Below are positions 8,857 to 18,344 of a stretch of DNA of 64,000 nt, piece by piece. The notes beneath the pieces are model-generated. The model saw only the letters and a program-made list of their open reading frames with translations. It was not told where the DNA came from and did no database searches. Origin of the DNA: a virus. Lineage: Duplodnaviria > Caudoviricetes. Position numbers and translations under genes: made by a program. The stretch spans positions 128,001-192,000 of the IMG/VR virus record IMGVR_UViG_3300014208_000027. The stretch is one strand, 5' to 3'. Numbering within the stretch: the stretch's first letter is position 1; each line of letters opens with the position of its first letter.

Positions 8857-9810
8857 ATGGATGATGTTTCAAAAAAGAAGTTAAAGATCTTTTGTGATCT
8901 TTTCGGTCCTTGTCGTCGCTCTGGCGAAGAATATCTTTTTATCTGTCCTAGCTGCAAACATCATAAATATAAATTTTCTGTTAATTTCATCAAAAACGCT
9001 GCTAAGTGTTGGATATGTGATTATAAAAGAAAAAATCTTTCACTCGTTGTTAAAGCCTTTGGGCTTATTAGCGATTATCAAGAATGGCGAAAATTAGAAG
9101 GTAAAACAGATTTTTCAGAAATTCATGATCTGTTGTCTGAACCTGTGCAGGTAGAAGATAAAAAGATATCTTTGCCTGACGAGTTTGAAACTTTAGTATC
9201 TCATTGTCTTTCTACAGAAGGACAAATAGCTAAGAAATATATCCTTCAGAGAGGGATAAGTGAAGAAGTAATTTTTCTTTATAAAATGGGTTACTGTTCT
9301 AAAGGGGTATATGCTGGTAGAATAATAATCCCTAGTTTTGATGCTGAAGGAAGATTAAACTATTTCATTGCCAGAACATATGTTGATCATTGGAAAAAGT
9401 ACTTGAATCCTAAAGTTGATCGTGGTAATATCATAGCAAATGAGTTATATGTTGATTGGAATAAAGAAATAATCTTAGTAGAAGGTATGTTTGATGCAAT
9501 TAAAGCAGGGATGCAAGCTATCCCATTGTTGGGATCTACATTGAACACTTCAAGTAGGTTATTTCAGAAAATTGTTAGTACAGGTTGTAAAGTTACGGTA
9601 GCATTAGATAATGATGCGAAAGAAAAAGAAAATACTATTATAAATAAATTAGTTAGTTATCGTGTACCAGATATTAGAAAGATCTCTATACCAGTAGAAT
9701 ATAACGATATTGGTGAAATGTCCTGTGAAGAATTTCAACAGGTATATAATAAATTTTCTTTGCCTATGAGTGGGGAAAATCACTTAAGACATTTAATCTC
9801 ACAGATATAG
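8857..9810 (+). CDS. dnaG: DnaG-type DNA primase
   Basis: Zn ribbon CPSC...CWIC; GRIIIP...NYFIAR; TOPRIM ILVEGMFDAI and ALDND. Confidence 0.85.
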   Translation: MDDVSKKKLKIFCDLFGPCRRSGEEYLFICPSCKHHKYKFSVNFIKNAAKCWICDYKRKNLSLVVKAFGLISDYQEWRKLEGKTDFSEIHDLLSEPVQVEDKKISLPDEFETLVSHCLSTEGQIAKKYILQRGISEEVIFLYKMGYCSKGVYAGRIIIPSFDAEGRLNYFIARTYVDHWKKYLNPKVDRGNIIANELYVDWNKEIILVEGMFDAIKAGMQAIPLLGSTLNTSSRLFQKIVSTGCKVTVALDNDAKEKENTIINKLVSYRVPDIRKISIPVEYNDIGEMSCEEFQQVYNKFSLPMSGENHLRHLISQI

Positions 9811-9818
9811 GAGTTACT

Positions 9819-12800
9819 TTGATACGTTTTGCGCTGATTAGTGATGTGCATATTAAAAATTTCAAGAAACATAAACAATATAACCTTGTTTTCGATCAAA
9901 TTTATGAGGTTTTAAAACAAAAGAAACCAGACTATATTTTACTTCTTGGCGATCTTTTTCATTCTAAAAATGCTATATTCGCAGAAGCATATTATGTTGC
10001 TTCTAATTTTCTTCGCAAACTTTCTAAAATCGCAGAAACTCACGTAATTTTAGGTAACCATGAAGTATTTTCTAAAAATTTAGATAGACTTGATACGCTT
10101 ACTCCAATTATTGACGCTTTAAATTTACCCTCTATTAAATTTCATAAATATACTGGTCAATACAGACTTAAAGAAAATATTGTTCTCCACACCTTGTCAA
10201 TTCTAGATAAAAACAATTGGAAAGAACCTTTAGGAAATCTTGACACAAATGTTGCACTGTTTCATGGAACGGTAGAAGGCAGTGTTTCTGATAGTGGATG
10301 GGTGGTTGATAAGGGAGAAATAAATATTGATCTCCTACGAAAATTTGATTATTCCTTTTGCGGGGATATACATGCGCATCAGTTATTAGACTCTAAAGGA
10401 AAAATGTTGTATGTAGGAAGTACAATACAAAACAATTTTGGTGAGAAAGACGATAAAGGTATCATTATATATGATATCTATGATAAGAAAAAATTTGACT
10501 ACGAACGATTCATTTTTCCTAACCCTGCCCCGTTTGTAACGGTTGAATTATGTGGTGGAGACTTACCAGAAGACCTTGATATTAAAGAAGGTTCTGTAGT
10601 AAGAGTTGTGTCTTCCGAAAACATTTCCTATGATATTGTTAGTAAAACGCTTGATATTATCAAGATCAAATATAAACCTGAAAGCGTGGTTTATGTAAGT
10701 AAAATTTCTTCTACGGGTGGTTCGTTAATTGGTAGTGTTTCTGATAGTGACAGACAAAACTTACGAGATGTAAACGTTCAAGAAAAATTGATTAGAGAGT
10801 TTTTATGGGATTATGAACCTTCTGAAGAAGTTCTACAGAAAGTTTTTGAACTGAATAGAAAATTTAATGTTGTAGTAGAACAAGATGAAACAGGTGTTGC
10901 TAGGAATGTTAGCTGGTCACTTAAGAAAGTCGAGTGGTCAAATCTGTTTAACTATGGTGAAAAAAATTGTATTGATTATTCCACGCTGGATGGTATTGTA
11001 GGTCTATTTGGGGCATCGTTTAAGGGTAAATCGTCTGCTATTGAAGTGATTCTATATACAATTTTTAATGCTATAGCTAAGAATTCTCGCAAGAATTACA
11101 ATATAATCAACCAAAACTGTTCTAAAGGATCTGGAAGAGTAGAAATAACCATTGGAAATGATTTATACGTTGTCGAGAGATCTTCTGAAAAGTATATTAA
11201 AAAATCTAAAGGGGTAGAAACAGAAGAGGCTAGAACTACCGTTGATTTTAAGCGGATCAATTCTGTTACCGGAGAAGAAGAAAATAAAAATGGTGCCGAT
11301 AGAGATGAAACAGATAAAAACATTCGACAAGTCTTTGGGACTATTGAAGATTTCCTACTAACTACTATTTCTTCTCAATTTGGAGCATTATCATTTATTG
11401 ATGAAGGGGAGACAAAAAGAAAACAAATTCTTGCTAAGTTTCTTGATTTAGATTTCTTCGAGAAGAAGTTCAAGTTGATGAAGAAAGAGTCTAGTGAGAT
11501 TAAAACACTTATTAAAAAGTACGGTGAACTATCAGATTTTAAGAAACGCATAGATGATGTTAGAAAAGAAGTAACTTATAATAAAAAGCAAATAGAAGAA
11601 AACAAAAAAATATGTGAACAATGTGAAGTAGAAAAAAAGGGTATAGAAAGTGAGATATCAGAACTCAAGAACAAGATCAATTTTGCTCCCAAGATTTCTT
11701 TTAAAATATCAGATATTGTGGGGAAGATCAGTGTTCTGGATGATAAGAAGGCTAGCCTTATATCTCGAAAAGATGCAAGGGTAGAAGAAAATAAAAAGTT
11801 ATCTAAGAAACTTCATGAGATTAAGGAGTTTAGCAAAGATAGAGAGCAAAACGAGCAATCTTGCCACGAGTTGATACAAAAAGCCAACACTTACAAAGAT
11901 ATGGTATATTCTTTGCAGGTAAAATTAAACGCAAAAAATAAAGAGTTAGATAATTGCAATAAAAGAATAAAACTTCTTGAAGAAGTCCCCTGTGGTAACT
12001 CGTTTCCGAAATGTAAGTTTATTGCAGACTCCTTTATAGCGCAAAAAGAAGTAAAGGGTGTGTTAGAAGAGTGTGATAGCTTGCTTCATGAAATACAGCG
12101 TGTTAATGCTGAAACTCCGAGTGTTGCAGATGCTTGTAATTCTCAAGAGTACCTTAAAAAATGTTCATTGTCAGATAAAGAAGAAATTGTTTTAAAGCAA
12201 AAATTACTGGAGGGCAAGAACAGGATTAGCTCCATTGAAAATGATCTATTGAAGAATAATCAAGAGTCAGAGAAACTTCAAGAACAAAAGAGGCTATACG
12301 AAGATAACAAAGAAATTATTGAAGACTATGAAGGCGTGATAAGTTTATTGAACTTAAAAACTGAAGTTCTAGAACAAAAAGAAAAGAATATTCAAGATTG
12401 TGAAAATGTCTCTATGGAACTTTATAAAAAGCATGGTTCCATGGAGCAACAGTTAGAAACTCTGAGGCAGAATAGAAAAGAACTTGTTAAGATTCGTACT
12501 GAGTATGAAGCATATGACTTGTTAGAAAAATGTTTTCATAGTACAGGTATTCCTTTCATTATCATTAAACAGCAGTTACCTTATATTAACTCTGAAATTG
12601 GTAAGGTCTTGGCTAGCGTGGTAGGATTTAAAGTTTTCTTTGAGAGTGAAGATGATAAGCTAAATTTATTTATTCAACATAAAAACTATAGTCCTAGACC
12701 GCTAGAAATGGGTAGTGGCGCAGAAAAAACTTTGGCTAGTATGGCTATAAGAATGGGCTTGACAAAAATTTCTAGCCTTCCACGATGTTCTATGTTAGTA

Positions 12801-12983
12801 TTGGATGAGCCTGTACTGGCTTTGGATAGTAACATTTTAGAGGCGTTTTCAAAATTGCTAGAAGTGTTAAAAGAAGAATATAAGCCAATTGTTCTAATTA
12901 CTCATTTGGAAGCCCTCAAAGATATTGTAGATAATGAAATAATTCTGTCAACCAAGGGTAAATTTGCCCATATAAATCAATGA
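9819..12983 (+). CDS. sbcCD: Fused Mre11(SbcD/gp47)-Rad50(SbcC/gp46) recombination nuclease-ATPase
   Basis: Phosphoesterase motifs SDVH, GDLFH, GNHE, GDIHAHQ; Walker A GASFKGKS, coiled coil, hook-like PCGNSFPKC, signature GSGAE, Walker B LVLDEP; TTG start with AGGAG. Confidence 0.85.
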   Translation: MIRFALISDVHIKNFKKHKQYNLVFDQIYEVLKQKKPDYILLLGDLFHSKNAIFAEAYYVASNFLRKLSKIAETHVILGNHEVFSKNLDRLDTLTPIIDALNLPSIKFHKYTGQYRLKENIVLHTLSILDKNNWKEPLGNLDTNVALFHGTVEGSVSDSGWVVDKGEINIDLLRKFDYSFCGDIHAHQLLDSKGKMLYVGSTIQNNFGEKDDKGIIIYDIYDKKKFDYERFIFPNPAPFVTVELCGGDLPEDLDIKEGSVVRVVSSENISYDIVSKTLDIIKIKYKPESVVYVSKISSTGGSLIGSVSDSDRQNLRDVNVQEKLIREFLWDYEPSEEVLQKVFELNRKFNVVVEQDETGVARNVSWSLKKVEWSNLFNYGEKNCIDYSTLDGIVGLFGASFKGKSSAIEVILYTIFNAIAKNSRKNYNIINQNCSKGSGRVEITIGNDLYVVERSSEKYIKKSKGVETEEARTTVDFKRINSVTGEEENKNGADRDETDKNIRQVFGTIEDFLLTTISSQFGALSFIDEGETKRKQILAKFLDLDFFEKKFKLMKKESSEIKTLIKKYGELSDFKKRIDDVRKEVTYNKKQIEENKKICEQCEVEKKGIESEISELKNKINFAPKISFKISDIVGKISVLDDKKASLISRKDARVEENKKLSKKLHEIKEFSKDREQNEQSCHELIQKANTYKDMVYSLQVKLNAKNKELDNCNKRIKLLEEVPCGNSFPKCKFIADSFIAQKEVKGVLEECDSLLHEIQRVNAETPSVADACNSQEYLKKCSLSDKEEIVLKQKLLEGKNRISSIENDLLKNNQESEKLQEQKRLYEDNKEIIEDYEGVISLLNLKTEVLEQKEKNIQDCENVSMELYKKHGSMEQQLETLRQNRKELVKIRTEYEAYDLLEKCFHSTGIPFIIIKQQLPYINSEIGKVLASVVGFKVFFESEDDKLNLFIQHKNYSPRPLEMGSGAEKTLASMAIRMGLTKISSLPRCSMLVLDEPVLALDSNILEAFSKLLEVLKEEYKPIVLITHLEALKDIVDNEIILSTKGKFAHINQ

Positions 12984-12990
12984 GGAAAAT

Positions 12991-13239
12991 ATGGAATATC
13001 CAGATTTTAGTGTAATAGAACTTGGCGGTGGTGATCTTGAGGTTCTTTTTCTTGAAAAAGTTGGCGAAGATTTGCTTAAAGTGATTCAAAAAGAAATTGA
13101 AGTATACAGTAGAGAAGTTTTGACCACTAGAACGCTATATAGTATGAATTCTACAATCAAGAACAAACTTCATTATTTAGTTATGAGCGGGAAACTAAGA
13201 TATAATTTATTTGACAAATCATGGGTTTTGGAAGCCTAA
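12991..13239 (+). CDS. Hypothetical protein
   Basis: GAGGA SD; 82 aa. Confidence 0.55.
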   Translation: MEYPDFSVIELGGGDLEVLFLEKVGEDLLKVIQKEIEVYSREVLTTRTLYSMNSTIKNKLHYLVMSGKLRYNLFDKSWVLEA

Positions 13240-13252
13240 AAGGAGAATTTTT

Positions 13253-13492
13253 ATGGATCAAAGAACGATGTTGGATTTTGCAAAGAAGTTGTTGTCTCGC
13301 AAGTTGTTAGTGTGGATTGCTTCTACTGTTTTATTATGTTGCAAGGTTATTACTCAAGATGTATGGCAGTTAATATCTATTACTTTCATGGGTGTTCATG
13401 CTGCACAAGCTGTTTTGACTGGGGCTGGTGTAGCAAACAAAGTATCTGCGCTGGTAACTAAAAAAGAAGATGAGAAGGAAGGTGAGGCGTAA
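13253..13492 (+). CDS. Small membrane protein, possible holin
   Basis: Start moved to ATG 13253 (AGGAG); SRKLLVW motif, two hydrophobic helices, charged tail. Confidence 0.4.
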   Translation: MDQRTMLDFAKKLLSRKLLVWIASTVLLCCKVITQDVWQLISITFMGVHAAQAVLTGAGVANKVSALVTKKEDEKEGEA

Positions 13493-13493
13493 C

Positions 13494-13877
13494 ATGCTGC
13501 TCCTACTTCAAAAGGCTTGGTTAGCAGTAAAAAAGTTTTGGTATGTACCTGTGTTGTTAGTTGTGGCCGTTATTTTAGCTGTTGTTTACAGAAAAAACAC
13601 TTCTGTTATTGAGATGTTATATAATACGCTTGATTCTTATAAAGAGCAGGCCGCTAAACTTGACAAACTGAACAAAGAACAACTAGCGCAAAAAGAAGAT
13701 CTGCAAAAAAAATACAATTTGGTTCTTCAGCAAATGATTGAGCAACACGAACACAATGAACAGGTTTTAACAGAGGAAAGAAAAAAAAGAATCAAAGAAC
13801 TTGTAGAGCAATATAAAGGTAAAGATGAAGAGCTAGCAAAAGCATTTTCCCAAGAATTTGGCATTGATTTAAAATAG
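13494..13877 (+). CDS. Membrane-anchored coiled-coil protein, possible spanin
   Basis: Start moved to ATG 13494; N-terminal TM then a long heptad-rich helix. Confidence 0.4.
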   Translation: MLLLLQKAWLAVKKFWYVPVLLVVAVILAVVYRKNTSVIEMLYNTLDSYKEQAAKLDKLNKEQLAQKEDLQKKYNLVLQQMIEQHEHNEQVLTEERKKRIKELVEQYKGKDEELAKAFSQEFGIDLK

Positions 13878-13884
13878 GTGAAAA

Positions 13885-14322
13885 ATGGCTAAATTCATAA
13901 TTGTTTTTTCTTTGTTGTTTCCATGTATTTCTTACGCTCAAGATGGAGCAGTATTCCTAAAAAAAGGTGAACAAGTTCCTTTTAATGGAGTCCTGCTTCC
14001 ACCTGATGTACAAGCTAAAATGATTGCAGATTCAGAGTATAATAAAAAAGTTTGTGCTCTGGAAACAAATTATTTATCTATGCGTCAAAAGACAACGTGC
14101 GATTTTGAAAAGAACTCTATGAAAATTGATTTAGATACGTTAAATAAAAAATACGATTTGGTAACTAAACTTAAAGATGATGAAATTACTAGGCTAAATA
14201 AAAATATCGTAGACAATAGTAAAAGTAGTGATAGATGGGTATGGTGGTTAGCTGGTGGTGTTGTAAGTGGGATTGCCCTAACTGTAGCTGTTACTTATGC
14301 GGTAACTCAAACGACAAAATAA
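13885..14322 (+). CDS. Signal-peptide protein with coiled coil and C-terminal TM
   Basis: MAKFIIVFSLLFPCISYA-Q cleavage-like site; WVWWLAGGVVSGIALTVAVTYAV tail. Confidence 0.45.
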   Translation: MAKFIIVFSLLFPCISYAQDGAVFLKKGEQVPFNGVLLPPDVQAKMIADSEYNKKVCALETNYLSMRQKTTCDFEKNSMKIDLDTLNKKYDLVTKLKDDEITRLNKNIVDNSKSSDRWVWWLAGGVVSGIALTVAVTYAVTQTTK

Positions 14323-14326
14323 TATT

Positions 14327-14857
14327 TTACCACCCCGCTCCGATTCTTCCACCGATTAAAGCATCATTGCCACCTTTTTTCTTCTCGTGTGGCACTTTCC
14401 CTAAATTAGTAGTTTCATCAGCAGGAGGATCTGTTAACCTTTCAATTTCTTTTTCTTTTATTTCTTTTTGATACAACCATTCTTCTCGTTCAGACTCCAC
14501 CCAAGCTGATAAAGTTTTTAAAACGTAATCTGTAGCTGTTAAGCCTTCACCACCGTCTTTTAACTCTGGATAAGTGGCTTCCATAGATCCGTAGACATTG
14601 CCAGCATGTACTGTCTCAGGTTTAATAATTCCTTTCTTCATGAGGAACTTCATAATTTGATTTTGAATATCGTAAGTCTTAGATGATGTGTTTAGACTAT
14701 CATTGGTTAATACTAAAATTTTTCTTTTCTCCGGCATGACAACAACGTCAACGTCGGGATGGTCGAAAATGATAAAATCGCCGTCTAAAGTTTTACGAAT
14801 GTTTAGTTTAAATTTTAAATCGTTTTTATTTGGACCAATCGTTACTATTAGAGACAT
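14327..14857 (-). CDS. Conserved hypothetical phage protein
   Basis: 176-aa ORF under an ACTATTTA motif at 14874-14881. Confidence 0.65.
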   Translation of the reverse strand: MSLIVTIGPNKNDLKFKLNIRKTLDGDFIIFDHPDVDVVVMPEKRKILVLTNDSLNTSSKTYDIQNQIMKFLMKKGIIKPETVHAGNVYGSMEATYPELKDGGEGLTATDYVLKTLSAWVESEREEWLYQKEIKEKEIERLTDPPADETTNLGKVPHEKKKGGNDALIGGRIGAGW

Positions 14858-14873
14858 TTTTAAATCCTTGAGA

Positions 14874-14896
14874 TAAATAGTGGTTAAATCTAATTA
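14874..14896. promoter_or_regulatory. Divergent pair of putative late promoters
   Basis: ACTATTTA on - (14874-14881) and CTAATTA on + (14890-14896). Confidence 0.55.
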
Positions 14897-14911
14897 CTAG
14901 CAGGAGTACGA

Positions 14912-15277
14912 ATGGACAAAGATATTTCAAAACTTGAATCCGCAATTATTGAAAAATACGGTGAAGAAACTAACTTTAATCTTGATAATTGTTGGACGGT
15001 AGAGAAAGAAAAAGAATACCTTATATCTTTAAAAGAATCCGTTACTAGTGAGCCTGAAGAAATCCTTCTAAAAAGCGATGGATACTTACAGTTTAAAAAA
15101 CTAATTATTAAGAATGAAAGTGCTTGTATAGTATGTAAAAGATATACATTGACTAAAAGTGATGATGTTTATTTGACTAAGTATGAATGTTGTGAAAAGT
15201 GCTATATACAACATGTGGAAGGTCGTGAAGGCAAGTGGGAAGGCAAGAAAAAAACTTTTAAGGACATAAAAATATAA
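14912..15277 (+). CDS. Hypothetical Zn-binding protein
   Basis: CIVC...CCEKCYIQHVEGRE; AGGAG SD. Confidence 0.6.
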   Translation: MDKDISKLESAIIEKYGEETNFNLDNCWTVEKEKEYLISLKESVTSEPEEILLKSDGYLQFKKLIIKNESACIVCKRYTLTKSDDVYLTKYECCEKCYIQHVEGREGKWEGKKKTFKDIKI

Positions 15278-15278
15278 C

Positions 15279-15446
15279 ATGAAAATTTCAAGAAAAAGAT
15301 TAGAAGAGATTATTCTAGAAGAAGTGGAACTTCACTTCATGAATGATGAAAAAGAATGCGAGCATGGTGAAGATGAGGAATGCGATTGTAAATTGAAACA
15401 TGAAAAACTTCTTGAGCAAAGCGTAAACCTTAAAGGTGAAAAGTAA
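15279..15446 (+). CDS. Small acidic protein, candidate internal head protein (not in ORF track)
   Basis: MKISRKRLEEIILEEVELH..., 55 aa, 1-nt gaps to both neighbours. Confidence 0.6.
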   Translation: MKISRKRLEEIILEEVELHFMNDEKECEHGEDEECDCKLKHEKLLEQSVNLKGEK

Positions 15447-15447
15447 C

Positions 15448-16011
15448 ATGGCAAAAGATAAAAAAGTTACTGGTAATACTGCCATTTTAAATGTCATTCA
15501 GGGCATTTCTCAGGCTTTAGCCGGTAAGCATGACACAATTTATGATAATGATGGCGAGAAGAAAGAAATTGGGCTTAAGCGTGAAGTAGAAAATTATTTA
15601 ACTATGTCTAGGGGTATGGATGGATTCTCTGCTCGTGTAAGCAGCAATACTCTCATTGTCACATATCAAAGTGAAATTCTTATGAAAGATGTGCATGAGA
15701 AGAAATTTGAAGAAGACATTGAAAGTACGTTTAAAGATATTCTAAAATTTATCAAGAAGCAATATAAAAACTACACCAAGCAAAATTTAACACTTAAAGA
15801 AAATGGTAAATGTGATATTAAAGTTGAAACTGTAAGCCGTTACCGTACATGGGTAATCGCCAAAAAAATGTATGAGATTAAAAACTTTGAAGTTGAACCT
15901 GCTGGAGACAATAAAAAGTTAGATAAAGCCATTGAAAAGTGGTTAGACCAAAAGTCTGATAAAAGACCTACTAATGTAACAATTTCCAAGACGGATAATG
16001 AAAAAGAATAA
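15448..16011 (+). CDS. Conserved hypothetical protein (start moved to ATG 15448)
   Basis: TAATG overlap with the next gene. Confidence 0.65.
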   Translation: MAKDKKVTGNTAILNVIQGISQALAGKHDTIYDNDGEKKEIGLKREVENYLTMSRGMDGFSARVSSNTLIVTYQSEILMKDVHEKKFEEDIESTFKDILKFIKKQYKNYTKQNLTLKENGKCDIKVETVSRYRTWVIAKKMYEIKNFEVEPAGDNKKLDKAIEKWLDQKSDKRPTNVTISKTDNEKE

Positions 16012-17504
16012 TGAAAAATCTAGCCCTTCTTAGCGAGATAGAAACTATCATAGAAGATATGCTATCTGGTACTAATGATGTAGAGTCGGTAGATCAACAA
16101 AAAGTTATTGATATGTTTCGTACTCATCCCGATCCTACGCCTGCAATGGTGGATAGTTTCGCTGAAGATTTGGGTATATCAAAAGAACAACTGGAAGAAA
16201 AAATTTATTGTTTGCTATCTGACATGTTGAATAACAAAACTAAAGTACCTGATGAAGTTAGTCTAACCACTGAAAAGAGAGAAGAAGTGTTAAAAGGTGG
16301 TATTGCTGATGGACATCCTAGAAGTGAATTTGATCCTGGAGAACTTCGCAAGGGTATGAAGGTTGAATTTGAGCATACAAATAATATCGATGCTGCTAGA
16401 GAAATAGCTGAAGATCATTTAATGGAAGACCCCGATTATTATAAAAAACTAGAGAAAATGGAGACCGGACAAGATATGCCGCTTAATAATTTAAAAGAAC
16501 TTGTATCTCGTGTAGTTCAAGAAGTTTGCAAGAAACATCAAACATCTATTGAAGAAATCTTTGAGCCTAACAAGCAAACTCTAGGGGAAGAAGGTAAGAA
16601 ACTTAGGAAGGCATTAGCACATTTTAATAAAGAAGCTGGTGTATGGGGGCTTATTGATGATGAGACAAGAGAAGTGGTTCCTGGTACTCCTATTTGGCAT
16701 TCTCTAAAAGATGCCGTAAGGCAAGCCCCTCAAGGTGGGTATATCGTAAGTGGGCAAATGGAAGGTGACCTTCCACCGTGGCTAACTGAAAAAACTGTTC
16801 AAGGCACAGATACAAAGATTGATATTGGTGATAAACTAGCAAATTTTGAGAGAGTATCTGATCTTCTAAGAGATGAAAATTATCAATTATATCAACTTAT
16901 TAAATCTGGGGAACTAACTCAAAAACAAGCACCTGTGGCTATTGATGCGTTAAAAGATTTATCGCGTTATGCTCGTAGGGAAGACCAACAACAAGTTCTT
17001 GATATTTTAGCTAGAGATATTGAAGATGCTAGCGAAGGCACTGATCACGGTCTAGTAATGGAAGATGAAGTTGAAGGGCAAGAAAAAAATAATCCTACCC
17101 CCGTTGAATTATTTGAGAAAGCTAAGAAATTACAAAAACGTCTTAAGATAGCTTTGCTTAAAATAGCTAAAACTCTTCCTAGCTATAGCGAGGCAAGGTC
17201 TGAACTTAGAAACTCTGTCTTTGCGTTAGATCGTATCAATATTAATGGTTTACAAGAAGAATATGAAGGCGAAATTGAAGACGAGAAAAATTTTCCTCGT
17301 GAGCCACGTAGCCTTAGTTACCCCATGAAAGAAGAACTGGTAGAAGTAGCTCCACCGGGAAGAGAAGAACAAGTCAAGGCATTAAAGAAAAAGTTTCCTA
17401 AAGGGTCTGACTCTCCTTATAAGATTTCATGGGCACAAGAAAAAAGAGAAGAGAACCTTTACGAATCAATGCTTAAAATAGCTACAAAGCGTAGTAACAA
17501 ATAA
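16011..17504 (+). CDS. Acidic modular protein with a DUF5661-like domain, candidate internal head protein
   Basis: ELRKGMKVEFEHTNNIDAAREIAEDHLMEDPDYYKKL; many L/I/V-x-E sites. Confidence 0.55.
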   Translation: MKNLALLSEIETIIEDMLSGTNDVESVDQQKVIDMFRTHPDPTPAMVDSFAEDLGISKEQLEEKIYCLLSDMLNNKTKVPDEVSLTTEKREEVLKGGIADGHPRSEFDPGELRKGMKVEFEHTNNIDAAREIAEDHLMEDPDYYKKLEKMETGQDMPLNNLKELVSRVVQEVCKKHQTSIEEIFEPNKQTLGEEGKKLRKALAHFNKEAGVWGLIDDETREVVPGTPIWHSLKDAVRQAPQGGYIVSGQMEGDLPPWLTEKTVQGTDTKIDIGDKLANFERVSDLLRDENYQLYQLIKSGELTQKQAPVAIDALKDLSRYARREDQQQVLDILARDIEDASEGTDHGLVMEDEVEGQEKNNPTPVELFEKAKKLQKRLKIALLKIAKTLPSYSEARSELRNSVFALDRININGLQEEYEGEIEDEKNFPREPRSLSYPMKEELVEVAPPGREEQVKALKKKFPKGSDSPYKISWAQEKREENLYESMLKIATKRSNK

Positions 17505-17519
17505 AAAAGTAGGCAATGA

Positions 17520-18296
17520 ATGATTTGCGGAACATTTCCTGGTCCAAATAGAAATCATATCTTAGGTATAGACCAATTAGACCCCTTACTTTGGGGGGTT
17601 TATCCAAACTTTAGATACCGTGGAATTGATGCTAATTTAACTAATTGGCCCGCGTGGAAGTATGGACCTACATTAACCTATTATGGAACTTCTTCTCCGC
17701 CAAATTTGTTGGTATCTTCAAGTCCTTACAGTGGACCTTCGGATAAGTCAGTTGAAATGTTTGGGAATACAGGTGCAGTTGGACCTGGAAGTTATCAAGA
17801 TGCTACTGGTACTACAACTGGTGATGTAACAACTGGTGACATATTCATAGAAATGATTATTAAGTTTGTTGCCGGTGGTGGAGGTTGGATTATTTCAAAG
17901 GGGGCCTTTCCATCTGGTGGTAATGGCTGGCGCCTTTATTATGATAGCGTTCCAAACTGGGTTATTCCTAACAACGCATTAGTAGGCTCTTATGGTGCCG
18001 CTTCTGGTTTTGATCATTTAGTATTTTCATATAATCGTGATATAACTGGAGTACAAGGAATTCGTCACTATAGGAATGGAACGTTAAAAAATCTTGGAGC
18101 ACAACAAATTACGACCACACTGACAAATGCTTATCCACTAACAATTAATGGTGATAAAAATAGAGCATTGACAAATACGCATTTTTATATTTCTTATGTA
18201 TCAATGTGGACTTCGCAAGATTGGATACCGGCCGATACTACTGCCGTGGATGCCATGGTTTTAGCACGCTATAATGCGTTGCAAGGAAATTATTAA
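17520..18296 (+). CDS. LamG/concanavalin-like virion protein
   Basis: IISKG...GWRLY...HLVFSY...YRNG...LTING pattern; related to the N-terminal half of 30418..32514. Confidence 0.55.
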   Translation: MICGTFPGPNRNHILGIDQLDPLLWGVYPNFRYRGIDANLTNWPAWKYGPTLTYYGTSSPPNLLVSSSPYSGPSDKSVEMFGNTGAVGPGSYQDATGTTTGDVTTGDIFIEMIIKFVAGGGGWIISKGAFPSGGNGWRLYYDSVPNWVIPNNALVGSYGAASGFDHLVFSYNRDITGVQGIRHYRNGTLKNLGAQQITTTLTNAYPLTINGDKNRALTNTHFYISYVSMWTSQDWIPADTTAVDAMVLARYNALQGNY

Positions 18297-18297
18297 C

Positions 18298-18326
18298 TTT
18301 ACTTTCTTTCAAAAATAATATATCAT
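18298..18326 (+). promoter_or_regulatory. Sigma70-like promoter of the HNH gene
   Basis: TTTACT-17 nt-TATCAT, then an AGGAG SD. Confidence 0.45.
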
Positions 18327-18344
18327 GTAATGTAGGAGACAAAT

